Sequence record: JN849462.1
Strand: one strand, 5' to 3'
Length of the DNA: 64,000 bases
Shown here piece after piece: positions 6,923-15,801 of this stretch. The notes beneath the pieces are model-generated. The model made no database searches. It was not told the DNA's origin and saw only the letters and a list, made by a program, of their open reading frames with translations. Position numbers and translations under genes: made by a program. Numbering within the stretch: the first letter of the stretch is position 1; each line of letters starts with the position of its first letter.

Positions 6923-7669
6923 TTAGAATAGACCTGAAATGGCTTCAGCGCCTGTATTGAAAAAGCTGTTATATGTTTTCTCGAAGTTTTGAGTAATACC
7001 CAGTTTATCCGAGATTGTGCTTGATAGATCTTCAGTCATGTATGTTGCGCTTTCGTAAACAAACTCGACTTCGAATTCAGCCACTGCGTTGTTATTCTCG
7101 TATCCTAACTGAACCCCACCTACTCGAATCGGATACGCATTCTTCAAGCTAGTCATCGTAACCATTTCTGCGTTACGATTGTATGTGTAAATCTCAATTG
7201 TTCGAGCATAGTTCGAGAAGAAACCGACTTGAGCAGAATCATTTGAATAAATCTGCTTAAACCAACCAAGTAACATTTTACGTTCTGGGTGTGTTGGTGA
7301 CAGATACAATGACATGGTCACTGTTTCGTCGGTTTTCGCTTTTACTACGTGATGTGGCTTACGTCTAGTTTTATCTACGTCAGTTTCGTATGACGACCCT
7401 GGGATGTTAACAGATTTCACCATCATTCCGATGTTTCGTTCGAACTCAAATCCTGAGCCGAAAAGAGAAGCAGTTGACGCAAGGGCATCTTGTACCCCTA
7501 CGCCTTTGATGTCTGAAAAGTCAGCATTCAAAAATGCCTCACCTGTATTCATCAACTGCTTTGCTGTATCTTGTAGCGATGCAAATCGCACCGCATACAA
7601 GTTTTGTCTGGCTAAGTCGTTCTTTGTAATTTGAGATAAGAACTTCTTAACATCTATTCCGATTGCCAT
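6923..7669 (-). CDS. 54: gp54 baseplate tail-tube initiator
   Basis: DLARQNLYAVRF, VKSVNIPG and FEVEFVY tube-fold motifs. Confidence 0.75.
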   Translation of the reverse strand: MAIGIDVKKFLSQITKNDLARQNLYAVRFASLQDTAKQLMNTGEAFLNADFSDIKGVGVQDALASTASLFGSGFEFERNIGMMVKSVNIPGSSYETDVDKTRRKPHHVVKAKTDETVTMSLYLSPTHPERKMLLGWFKQIYSNDSAQVGFFSNYARTIEIYTYNRNAEMVTMTSLKNAYPIRVGGVQLGYENNNAVAEFEVEFVYESATYMTEDLSSTISDKLGITQNFEKTYNSFFNTGAEAISGLF

Positions 7670-7672
7670 TCG

Positions 7673-8268
7673 TTATCTCCTTCTATAACGATCATCGTAA
7701 GCACGAACAGCAGAAATGTTGCGACCATTTTTAGCAACGAATTGTTGCAATGGCATGTGAATAACGTTGTACCAGTCATGTGGCTTGACTTCTTCAAGCG
7801 ACCCTTTAATTCGCTTGAGAATGTATAATTTCACCATATGTTTACTGAACTTGATGTTTTTCACTCGACCCCAATCGATCATTAATCGTGTGGAGTTGCT
7901 CACTGTTTTCGTGTTAGCATATCTAAGTAATGTGGTTAAAAATTTCTCGCGATCTTTGGGTGGGATGTAATGCAAGTTCAAGCCTAGCATATAGCCTTTT
8001 TGTTGCCCCAAGCAGATGATGCACGGAAATTTATCCCAGTATGGTAACTGGTGTTTAGTTTTTGCGTCGTACGCGAAAACATACATGTTGCCTTTGTGAG
8101 GAACTTGCACTTTTCGACTACGAATTGCATCATGAACGCGCTTTTTGAACCACGCCAGTGATTTGCGCTGATTCTTTGCAATTGGAGTACGACCAAGCTC
8201 GTGTGTTTGAGCCTTGAAGCTATCAAGAAGACTTTCTTTTTCTTCTTTGCTCTTTCTGGTCTAGCCAT
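7673..8268 (-). CDS. 2: gp2 DNA end protector, apparently split by a 1-nt frameshift near 8246
   Basis: MYVFAYDAK, YWDKFP and GLNLHYIPP are gp2 motifs. The gp2 frame is open from 8260, but the coupled ATG at 8268 is in another frame. Confidence 0.8.
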
Positions 8269-8723
8269 TACACTCTCAGTCCTATTAGTTTACGAAGTCC
8301 GACTTCAGTCAAGACTTTGAATTGCCATCCTTTCTGCTTTGCGAATTTAATCGCAGCAGCCCACTTATCTTGGTTTACTTGATACGTATATATCTCTTTC
8401 AGTAAACGCTTCTTAGCCTTTTCAGTAAGTCTCTGTGGTTTCTCGGGTGGCAATGTTTCTTTGTTGGGTTTGATCTCGAATATGAATTCTCGACCGTCAC
8501 TGAACTTCACGTAAAAGTCCATGAAATATCTACGTTTTTTCCCACCGTCAGCAGAACTAACATAAGGGATAACGATTTCTTCAGAGTTCCAGCGAACTAC
8601 ATGCGGGTTGTTGTCACACCAGCGCATGAAAGACAATTCCCATGAGCTTCTGTACTCAATTTTCTGATAGTTGCCTTTGTATTTCGATTTGTTTGTTGGA
8701 ACGTATTTGCCAGAATATGCCAT
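8268..8723 (-). CDS. 4: gp4 head completion nuclease
   Basis: MAYSGKY, YRSSWE, RRYFMDF and IFEIKP (TnsA-like) motifs match T4 gp4. Confidence 0.92.
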   Translation of the reverse strand: MAYSGKYVPTNKSKYKGNYQKIEYRSSWELSFMRWCDNNPHVVRWNSEEIVIPYVSSADGGKKRRYFMDFYVKFSDGREFIFEIKPNKETLPPEKPQRLTEKAKKRLLKEIYTYQVNQDKWAAAIKFAKQKGWQFKVLTEVGLRKLIGLRV

Positions 8724-8741
8724 AAAACGCCTCCTTTCATT

Positions 8742-8763
8742 TATTTAGTATCGAGTCTAAATA
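8742..8763. promoter_or_regulatory. Divergent late-type promoters (ACTAAATA minus, TCTAAATA plus)
   Basis: TAAATA cores on both strands between genes 4 and 48; variants of the T4 gp55 TATAAATA box. Confidence 0.55.
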
Positions 8764-8789
8764 CAGATATATTTTAAAGGAGATCTAAC

Positions 8790-9929
8790 ATGGGATTTTT
8801 AAGTTACGTCGGTCTTAGCGGAAAACAAAGTGATACTCTTGATCGTGTACTGTCTTTTGATGGAGGCGTTGAAAGTAGTACAACTGAGATTACCCAAGAC
8901 ACAGATCAGGGCAGAGTTAGCACGTCTAATATAGTTGCACTGACATATCCGCCCAATCTTGGCGCGAGATCTGGACACTCGAACTTTTTTATTTTTCGAG
9001 CGTATGACTTGGCTAGCACAACAAAGCAACATTACACTGACATGCGGCAGTCATTCACAGCATCATCGAAAGAATCTAAGCAGGCGTCTGAAATTCCTAG
9101 TGAGTTGATGGCGACTATGGCTCTTTACGCGCCAAACTTAGTTGAAGAAGTTTCGCATGAATATGACAAAACACCGACTTCAGTTTTGAATGACTTCTTA
9201 GCCGCTGCCGCTACAGCAGCCGGTGCAGATACTGTTTCTCAGGGTGTAGAAGCGGGTAAGAAAGCCGTATCAACCGCAGCCGGTGCTACGTTAGCACAGA
9301 TCAAGCGTTCGTTCATTCAATCAAATGCTGCCGGTCAGCTTGAGAAGAACAGCAGCGTAGTTACGGATAACGTTACTGTAACTGCGTACAAAGGGACCGC
9401 TCAACGTCAGCAAACATTGATGTATCAATTTCACCCTAAATCACTAGATGAACTGAAGATCGTCGGTGAGGTCATCAAAACATTCTATCGACTTTCTCTA
9501 CCAGTGAAAGGTCAGATTAGTTCTGATTTGCTAGATACTGGTAATGCTGCATTAGGTTCAGGGTTTTCAAATGGCTTTGCGAAGTATGCAACGCTATTGA
9601 AGACGCCGCCAGTGTGGATGATTGAAGAAGTTTCAGATGTTGACGCGACACGATACACCCCGAGATTCGTTTTCGGACCCGCGGGTATCACGTCAGTGAA
9701 ATTAAACAGAACACCAGATCAGTATTGGCGCACATTTCGCGGTACAGCAGGCGACCCAGCAGGCATTGAACTTGAAGTAACATTCACTGAGCTTATCCCT
9801 ATGGATCGTGCAATGTACGAGCGAGATCAAGCAAGTAGCATTCGTGGTTACGACAACGGTACCACTACTGCAAGTGGTAACAGTAATGATTCTGGTTCAT
9901 TCTTTGGTGATATTGGGAGTTTATTCTAA
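8790..9929 (+). CDS. 48: gp48 baseplate tail-tube cap
   Basis: PPVWMIE, FGPAGITSVKLNRTP and LEVTFTEL match gp48. Confidence 0.75.
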   Translation: MGFLSYVGLSGKQSDTLDRVLSFDGGVESSTTEITQDTDQGRVSTSNIVALTYPPNLGARSGHSNFFIFRAYDLASTTKQHYTDMRQSFTASSKESKQASEIPSELMATMALYAPNLVEEVSHEYDKTPTSVLNDFLAAAATAAGADTVSQGVEAGKKAVSTAAGATLAQIKRSFIQSNAAGQLEKNSSVVTDNVTVTAYKGTAQRQQTLMYQFHPKSLDELKIVGEVIKTFYRLSLPVKGQISSDLLDTGNAALGSGFSNGFAKYATLLKTPPVWMIEEVSDVDATRYTPRFVFGPAGITSVKLNRTPDQYWRTFRGTAGDPAGIELEVTFTELIPMDRAMYERDQASSIRGYDNGTTTASGNSNDSGSFFGDIGSLF

Positions 9930-10507
9930 TGATTTTCGCGATATTTGACAAGACTGAATATCTTGGTGTTGAGACTGCGAATATTTTCAAGAATTTGAAT
10001 TATTATCATAAGCAGATCATCCCATCATTCACGACTATTCAGTACAAAATCAGGGGCGACTATCGCCCTGAACAGATTGCATATGAACTGTATGGCGATA
10101 CGTCGTTATACTGGTTGATTATGCTTCTAAACGAACGAGTTGACCCTTTTTATGATTGGGTTCAGCCCAACGAATCGGTTTCTGAGAACGCTATTTATCG
10201 TTATCAGTTTATTGGCGGCAACGAGCAAGTTCATCATCACGTAGATGAGCAAGGTCGATGGTGGTATGACGTGGTCGAAGACCCAGAAAATCCTCGAAAT
10301 TGGTACAATAAATTCGATTGGGAAAACAACGCGCCTGAAGAAGGGCAGGAAGATTATCGTGAGCTTCTATATCACGGCGTGATGATCCCTGTTTCCGTTG
10401 ACGAATATGAATTCAACCGAAACGAAGAAAATCGCGTAATCAATGTACTATCGAGGGATGATGTTAGTACATACATTAGCACATTCATGAAATTAGCAGG
10501 GGTATAA
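9929..10507 (+). CDS. 53: gp53 baseplate wedge protein
   Basis: RPEQIAYELYG..LYWLIMLLN...DPFYDW LysM-like motif. Confidence 0.88.
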   Translation: MIFAIFDKTEYLGVETANIFKNLNYYHKQIIPSFTTIQYKIRGDYRPEQIAYELYGDTSLYWLIMLLNERVDPFYDWVQPNESVSENAIYRYQFIGGNEQVHHHVDEQGRWWYDVVEDPENPRNWYNKFDWENNAPEEGQEDYRELLYHGVMIPVSVDEYEFNRNEENRVINVLSRDDVSTYISTFMKLAGV

Positions 10508-10508
10508 C

Positions 10509-11780
10509 ATGTTTGAAATGCGCTCCGCTAACCCAATTGAGAACTTTGTGGTTAGCAAGATTCACATACGCGGTCTTGATTTTGCAGCGTCGGTGGAGAA
10601 TGAAATCACACACATGGAAATTTATGAATCGCTTAACGGGTTGGTTTCTGGCATGTTCATGTTCAAGGATTCGGTTGGCGTCGTTGACACAATTAGAATG
10701 ACTGGATTTGAAGCAATTGACGTTGAATTTGCGTCGTATGTCGGGGAGCAAGCAAATCGAGTCTATCAAAAATCATTTCGTGCAACGGGTATTTCTAGAA
10801 TGCCCGCACGTACTGGTGGTTTTGAGACTGTATTGGTGCGTTTCACAAATAACTTACTGACTCTTAACGATTACGTTAAAAGACCTTATGTATTCAAGAA
10901 GACTAGTATTTCGAATATCATAAAATCTATTTTGGATAATCTAGGCGATGAGAAGCCAAAATATGAAATTGAAACGTCGTTATATCAACGTGATTTTGTG
11001 ACTAAGATCGGTAAACCGTACGACATCATCCAAAGCATCGTCGATCATGCTAGTACAGACGTGAATAACAGTTGTAAATTCATGTTCTATGAAGATCGCG
11101 ACTCAGTTAAATTCGCATCACTCGGGTCAATTCGTGACAAAGAATACGAATACATCATCCGTAAAGGTGCTGATACTGGCGATGGTAAATGGACATCAGG
11201 TAATACGAATACAATCACAGCATTGCGAGTTGTGGTGAAAGAACAATCTAATATGCACGAGATTTCTAGTGGTTTATTCGGGTCTAGAACATATTCTCAT
11301 AGTTTAATTCGGAAGAAATTGACTACAAAAGATGTTCGTAGAAATGATTATATCGCGCAAGTTGGTATTTTGAATGACCGCGCTCATATGTACACGAATG
11401 AACTTGAGTTTGCAAGTGAAGTTCCTGAAACTGAACAGCCATTGAACAGTATTCAGCTACTACCAAACGATGGTTTTTACGAGCATGACAACAAACACCC
11501 ACTAGGGTCTATTCACGGCGTATCTCTTATGGAAGAGACGTATTTGAAGGCTAAGCAGATCATCGTTGAAATACCCGGGAACACTAACATCACGGTTGGT
11601 GACGTTGTATTTCTTGATTATCACGCGGTGACTGGTGAGAATCATTCTAGTTTAGACGCATCGGGTCGTTGGATTGTTCATGAGTTGAAGCACCGTGTTG
11701 AACCCAACTCATTTATAACTACTCTTGAATTGTCTAGTGATTCATCGGTTAATATCGCAATTGCGGGGAGCAAGAAATAA
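10509..11780 (+). CDS. 27: gp27 baseplate hub
   Basis: EIYESL, FMFYEDRD and IPGNTNITVGD motifs; precedes gp5. Confidence 0.7.
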   Translation: MFEMRSANPIENFVVSKIHIRGLDFAASVENEITHMEIYESLNGLVSGMFMFKDSVGVVDTIRMTGFEAIDVEFASYVGEQANRVYQKSFRATGISRMPARTGGFETVLVRFTNNLLTLNDYVKRPYVFKKTSISNIIKSILDNLGDEKPKYEIETSLYQRDFVTKIGKPYDIIQSIVDHASTDVNNSCKFMFYEDRDSVKFASLGSIRDKEYEYIIRKGADTGDGKWTSGNTNTITALRVVVKEQSNMHEISSGLFGSRTYSHSLIRKKLTTKDVRRNDYIAQVGILNDRAHMYTNELEFASEVPETEQPLNSIQLLPNDGFYEHDNKHPLGSIHGVSLMEETYLKAKQIIVEIPGNTNITVGDVVFLDYHAVTGENHSSLDASGRWIVHELKHRVEPNSFITTLELSSDSSVNIAIAGSKK

Positions 11781-13045
11781 TGTTTATGGGATTAGATGGG
11801 TTCGAGTGGTGGACTGGCGTTGTCGAAGATCGAACAACCGACCCACTCAAACTTGGTAGAATTAAAGTTCGAATGATTGGTCTGCACCCAGATAAGAAAA
11901 GTTCAGAACAAGGTATTCGAACTGAAGAACTGCTTTGGGTTCATCCCATGCAGTCTCTTGATAATGCAGCAATGAACGGAATCGGGAATGCTCCTATAGG
12001 CGTCGTTGAGGGAACGTGGGTTTTTGGTTTCTTCAGAGACAAGTTGCGTCAAGATGCAGTCGCCATGGGTGTATTGCCCGGGATTCCCGAAGATTTGCCG
12101 AACGGTAGCGTTGGGTTTAATGACCCGAATGAGAAATATCCGTTAGCAGATAAGCTTAATGAGCCAGATACAAACCGTCTAGCTCGTAATGACGTTGACC
12201 CTGACGTATATGACGAAAGTCAATCCCAGACTGCGTTTGATAACGGCGAAGCGCCTTATGTATATCGACCGCACCCGATCATTGCAAGTAAACGAGCGGC
12301 TGAAGAGAAAGAAATCCCGCTTGCTGGTTACAATGCAGAGGGTCCGAAGTACGATGAGAAAGTTACTCCGTATGCAGCACAGTACCCATACAATCATGTT
12401 CGTGAATCAGAATCAGGTCACATTCATGAGATTGATGACACAGAGGGGGCGGAGCGTCTTCATACGTATCATAGAACTGGGACGTTTGAAGAAATTCACC
12501 CAGATGGTAGCCGAGTTACAAAGATTGTAGGTGATGATTTTGAGATTGTTCATAAAAATCAAAACGTGTACATCAAAGGTAATTTGAATATCACAGTTGT
12601 GGGTGACGCGACTTTTTATTGTCAGCAAAACGTTACTCAACAGATTGACGGTGATTTGAAACAACATGTCAAGGGTAATGTAGATCAGCATGTAGAAATG
12701 AACGTAACTCAGACAGTTGACCAAGATGTGACTCAAGTCGTTCATCAGAACGTTACACAAACCGTCGATATGAATGTCACTCAGACAGTGCATCAGAACG
12801 TTACACAGACGGTTGACGGGAATGTTAGTCAAACTGTGGGCGGTAACGTTCAAAGTAACGTCACGGGCGATTACACGCAGAATATCAGCGGTAATTACAC
12901 AATCACAGTGGGCGGTTCTATGTCTGAAAGTGTTAGTTCATCGTATACCCGTTCAGCAGCATCAATCAGTGATGATGGTGGTGGCGCAACTTTGAATTTA
13001 GCAGGTTCAGCAGCATTGGACGGCACAACAGTAAGTCTAGGTTAA
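11780..13045 (+). CDS. 5: gp5 central spike (OB fold + beta-helix, no lysozyme domain)
   Basis: GVVEDRTTDPLKLGRIKVR, YPYNHVRESESGH and C-terminal 8-residue VxxNxTQT repeats; 421 aa. Confidence 0.9.
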   Translation: MFMGLDGFEWWTGVVEDRTTDPLKLGRIKVRMIGLHPDKKSSEQGIRTEELLWVHPMQSLDNAAMNGIGNAPIGVVEGTWVFGFFRDKLRQDAVAMGVLPGIPEDLPNGSVGFNDPNEKYPLADKLNEPDTNRLARNDVDPDVYDESQSQTAFDNGEAPYVYRPHPIIASKRAAEEKEIPLAGYNAEGPKYDEKVTPYAAQYPYNHVRESESGHIHEIDDTEGAERLHTYHRTGTFEEIHPDGSRVTKIVGDDFEIVHKNQNVYIKGNLNITVVGDATFYCQQNVTQQIDGDLKQHVKGNVDQHVEMNVTQTVDQDVTQVVHQNVTQTVDMNVTQTVHQNVTQTVDGNVSQTVGGNVQSNVTGDYTQNISGNYTITVGGSMSESVSSSYTRSAASISDDGGGATLNLAGSAALDGTTVSLG

Positions 13046-13049
13046 TTGA

Positions 13050-13535
13050 ATGGCTAGTATTACACCAACAACATTGCCAATCATTGCAGAGGGTGAGAAC
13101 GTCGATGTGACGTTCTCCGCTGTTATGGATGAAGGCGAAACATTAGTTGACATAAACATCACGAATTTTATACCAAATACGGGTATCACGATTGTGGGTG
13201 CTCGTTATTACGGTCAATATCAGGATTCGTTTGATTTGGGACCAAGTGGCTTGAAGTATCGCGACACGCGAGACAACAGCTATCATGAAGTGAGTAAGTT
13301 CAGTGATTTACCCGCGAACCCCGCTCATGGTCACGTGTATCGCTTTGAAGCGCCTAGTCCGCTGTCAACTGATTACACATACGAAGTAACAGTCAATTAC
13401 GAGTATGAAGATCCACTTGTGCCTGGTGTTATCGAAGAGCGTCAGCTAATCGAAACGTTCAGTCAGACCGTAAAAGGTAAATGGGATAATTGGGCACAGC
13501 AACTTAGAGATTATATAGCAGCGGGAGGTAATTAA
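13050..13535 (+). CDS. 5.1: gp5.1-like protein
   Basis: Position after gene 5, size, and the W..WAQQLRDYI C-terminus. Confidence 0.6.
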   Translation: MASITPTTLPIIAEGENVDVTFSAVMDEGETLVDINITNFIPNTGITIVGARYYGQYQDSFDLGPSGLKYRDTRDNSYHEVSKFSDLPANPAHGHVYRFEAPSPLSTDYTYEVTVNYEYEDPLVPGVIEERQLIETFSQTVKGKWDNWAQQLRDYIAAGGN

Positions 13536-13831
13536 TGCCAGCTTTAGCAGGTGCAGACGAACCGACTACTGGTCACGGAACATATCCACCGACAGTAGTA
13601 ACAGGGGGTAGTGGGAGAGTTACAGTACAAGGCAAACCTGCGTTATCGAAAGATAACATGGTTCATGTTACTCATTGTAACACAGTTCCGAATCATGATT
13701 GTCACGCCGGTAGTGCAGCAACGTTTAGTCCGAAAGTGTTTATTGAGGGGAGTAATGCAATCCGTATCGGCGACACATTGACGTGCGGCGATACGGTAGC
13801 AGGTGGTGCAGGGAAGGTTACTAGTTCGTAG
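13535..13831 (+). CDS. 5.4: PAAR spike-tip protein gp5.4
   Basis: TTGHG.YPP, HCN...H, VFIEG..AIRIGD.L.CGD PAAR-like motifs; 98 aa. Confidence 0.9.
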   Translation: MPALAGADEPTTGHGTYPPTVVTGGSGRVTVQGKPALSKDNMVHVTHCNTVPNHDCHAGSAATFSPKVFIEGSNAIRIGDTLTCGDTVAGGAGKVTSS

Positions 13832-14180
13832 CGTTGTGCGATTTGATTCGCTCTTCACTATTCAGAGTCGTAACGTCAACTTCTTCAGCTTTGAATGAAT
13901 TATCGACCATTTTGGGTGCTTCGACAGTCGTCATTGGATCGACTTTGTATTTTGCAGTGTCGTTTACGACTTCGGTCGCTGTAGGGCGTGTGATTGGTGA
14001 TGTGAACACTTTAAACGCGCCAGCAGCAAGTGTCAGAACTAGAGCTACTGCAATGATTTTGCCGTAAGGTAGTTTCAAATCAAACTTGAAGATCTTTGAC
14101 AAGATGAACGCAACAAGCAAGATTAGCAGTAATGAAACGAATACGCCAACGACTGGTGCGAGAACTAATAAAAATTCCAT
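13821..14180 (-). CDS. Hypothetical membrane protein with two hydrophobic segments
   Basis: AGGA RBS and two N-terminal hydrophobic helices. Confidence 0.7.
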   Translation of the reverse strand: MEFLLVLAPVVGVFVSLLLILLVAFILSKIFKFDLKLPYGKIIAVALVLTLAAGAFKVFTSPITRPTATEVVNDTAKYKVDPMTTVEAPKMVDNSFKAEEVDVTTLNSEERIKSHNATN

Positions 14181-14208
14181 TGTATTTTCCTATTTCGTGT
14201 GAAACAAA

Positions 14209-14227
14209 GGGGCGGCATTGCCGCCCC
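14209..14227. terminator. GC-rich hairpin, probable terminator
   Basis: GGGGCGGC-ATT-GCCGCCCC with T-rich flanks. Confidence 0.6.
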
Positions 14228-14234
14228 GTTTTGA

Positions 14235-15110
14235 TTATTTAATCGGAGTTTGCACTGCGATTTTGTCAAGCATTTCAGTAGGTACGAATACCTTGTTGTT
14301 TGATTTCGCAAGCTCACGTAGAGTTTTTTGCTCTTCTAGGAAGCGTACGTTGTTGTTCATCAGCTTGTCAGCAACCAGTTTCTTGGTTTCTGCTTCGTAC
14401 AGTTCGATTTCGCGTTGACGTTTTGAAACTTCTTCACGAGTCGCAATCTGTAGCAGATCAAGTTTACGTTGTGCTTTTACAGTATCTTCTTGCTGACGAC
14501 GTTCAGCCGATGCTTCTTGTGCAGCAGTAATCGTTTTAGGGTAAACTACGTCAGTAACACCTACGACTTTAAGAATGAATGGCGTATCTTTCAGTTCTTG
14601 ATTAAGACGCTGTTTCACGAACTGGTTAAGCTTTTCGCGGTTAGATGCGACTTCCGAAATGCTGTATTCAGCAATGATTGACGGAATAATCGTGTTCAGT
14701 TTAGCTCGTGCATAACGAACGAACACATCTTGCTGTGAAATCACACCTAGTTGATCAGTCTGCGATTTGAACGGCACCTTCGCAAAAACGAAGTTGTATT
14801 TCGCAGGATCGACCGCCATGGTCATTTCAACGTCGTACTTCAGCATTAGTTCGTCTTTCGGCATGAAAGTGTCAAACTTCATTTCGTAGAAGCTGTCAGA
14901 TACATCAAGCAGTACTAGACGATCTGGGTAGCGCCATGCCCAATCGAGACGGAACTTAGATGGTTGACGTGGCTCTTGAGTCAAATCGAAGCCGTCTTTA
15001 GTCTGAATCTTACCAACGAAGCCGGTTGGGATTTCAGCAGGAGTACCACAGCCAGTTAGTGCGAATCCCAGTGCTGCTACTGAAAGAAGTTTAGCGATAT
15101 TTTTAAACAT
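14235..15110 (-). CDS. SPFH/band-7 family lipoprotein
   Basis: Lipobox LTGC after a signal peptide, IPTGFVGK start, and a C-terminal coiled coil ending KVFVP. Confidence 0.7.
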   Translation of the reverse strand: MFKNIAKLLSVAALGFALTGCGTPAEIPTGFVGKIQTKDGFDLTQEPRQPSKFRLDWAWRYPDRLVLLDVSDSFYEMKFDTFMPKDELMLKYDVEMTMAVDPAKYNFVFAKVPFKSQTDQLGVISQQDVFVRYARAKLNTIIPSIIAEYSISEVASNREKLNQFVKQRLNQELKDTPFILKVVGVTDVVYPKTITAAQEASAERRQQEDTVKAQRKLDLLQIATREEVSKRQREIELYEAETKKLVADKLMNNNVRFLEEQKTLRELAKSNNKVFVPTEMLDKIAVQTPIK

Positions 15111-15142
15111 GTTTTGCTCTCTTAGTTAAGTTGACGATGTGA

Positions 15143-15256
15143 ATGATACGTTGTGTAGTTCAGCATGTCAAGTTGTTTTTCACAAATTTCTCATTTTGTT
15201 TGTGCGCTTCGTTGCGCTGAGGAGTACATAGTAGGCAAAACAAACACCCCTGTCAA
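15143..15256 (-). promoter_or_regulatory. Two tandem sigma70 (early-type) promoters for the SPFH unit
   Basis: TTGACA-N17-TATCAT (15143-15171) and TTGACA-N17-TACTAT (15228-15256). Confidence 0.75.
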
Positions 15257-15264
15257 CACTTTTC

Positions 15265-15272
15265 TATAAATA
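15265..15272 (+). promoter_or_regulatory. Late promoter TATAAATA
   Basis: Exact T4 late box upstream of gene 25. Confidence 0.8.
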
Positions 15273-15295
15273 AATTTAAAATTCGGAGAAAATCT

Positions 15296-15715
15296 ATGGC
15301 AATTGCAGAGTTGAACACTCTAAAGCCAGGGAGTTACTACTTCAGTGACATCCCAGCAAATTTCGGCAAGAGTGTTGTAAACAATGACTTGAGCGCATCA
15401 TATGACTTGAAAGCAATACAGGAATCAATCATCGGAATCGTGAGTACAAAGAAAGGCGAGCGACCTTTCAATCCCGAATTCGGATGTGACATCAGCAATC
15501 AGCTATTTGAAAACATTTCGCCTGCAAGTGCGTTTGCAATCAAATACAGTATTGAGAACGCGATTTCTAAATGGGAACCGCGTGTGGTGATTCAAAAGAT
15601 TGAAGTTCTACCGCTTTATGATAAGAACACATACGAAATTGTGGTTCAGTATCATCTACGCACCAACTTTGATCGACTATTTGCGCTTAAAACAAGACTT
15701 GTGAATCGTCTTTAA
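15296..15715 (+). CDS. 25: gp25 baseplate wedge / sheath initiator
   Basis: AIQESIIGIVSTKKGERPFNPEFGC and WEPRV motifs. Confidence 0.92.
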   Translation: MAIAELNTLKPGSYYFSDIPANFGKSVVNNDLSASYDLKAIQESIIGIVSTKKGERPFNPEFGCDISNQLFENISPASAFAIKYSIENAISKWEPRVVIQKIEVLPLYDKNTYEIVVQYHLRTNFDRLFALKTRLVNRL

Positions 15716-15720
15716 TGAAC

Positions 15721-15745
15721 AGCCCGCCATTGTGCGGGCTTTTTT
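15721..15745 (+). terminator. Rho-independent terminator
   Basis: AGCCCGC-N6-GCGGGCT-TTTTT. Confidence 0.75.
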
Positions 15746-15801
15746 GTGCATTAAATATAAGAAACGAAATTTACATAATTTTACCAACAGGGGAATATAA
15801 C

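Noticed and set aside
7984-8268. 94-aa ORF as an independent gene
   Set aside because: It is better explained as the out-of-frame continuation of the gene 2 start, and it overlaps the conserved gp2 frame.
12600-12930. 24-nt DNA repeats in gene 5
   Set aside because: They encode the known 8-residue gp5 beta-helix repeat.
15715-15801. Longer ORF-track starts (also 22310, 25531, 34909, 56408, 57352)
   Set aside because: They run through terminators, promoters or upstream genes. Downstream ATGs have better RBSs or coupling.
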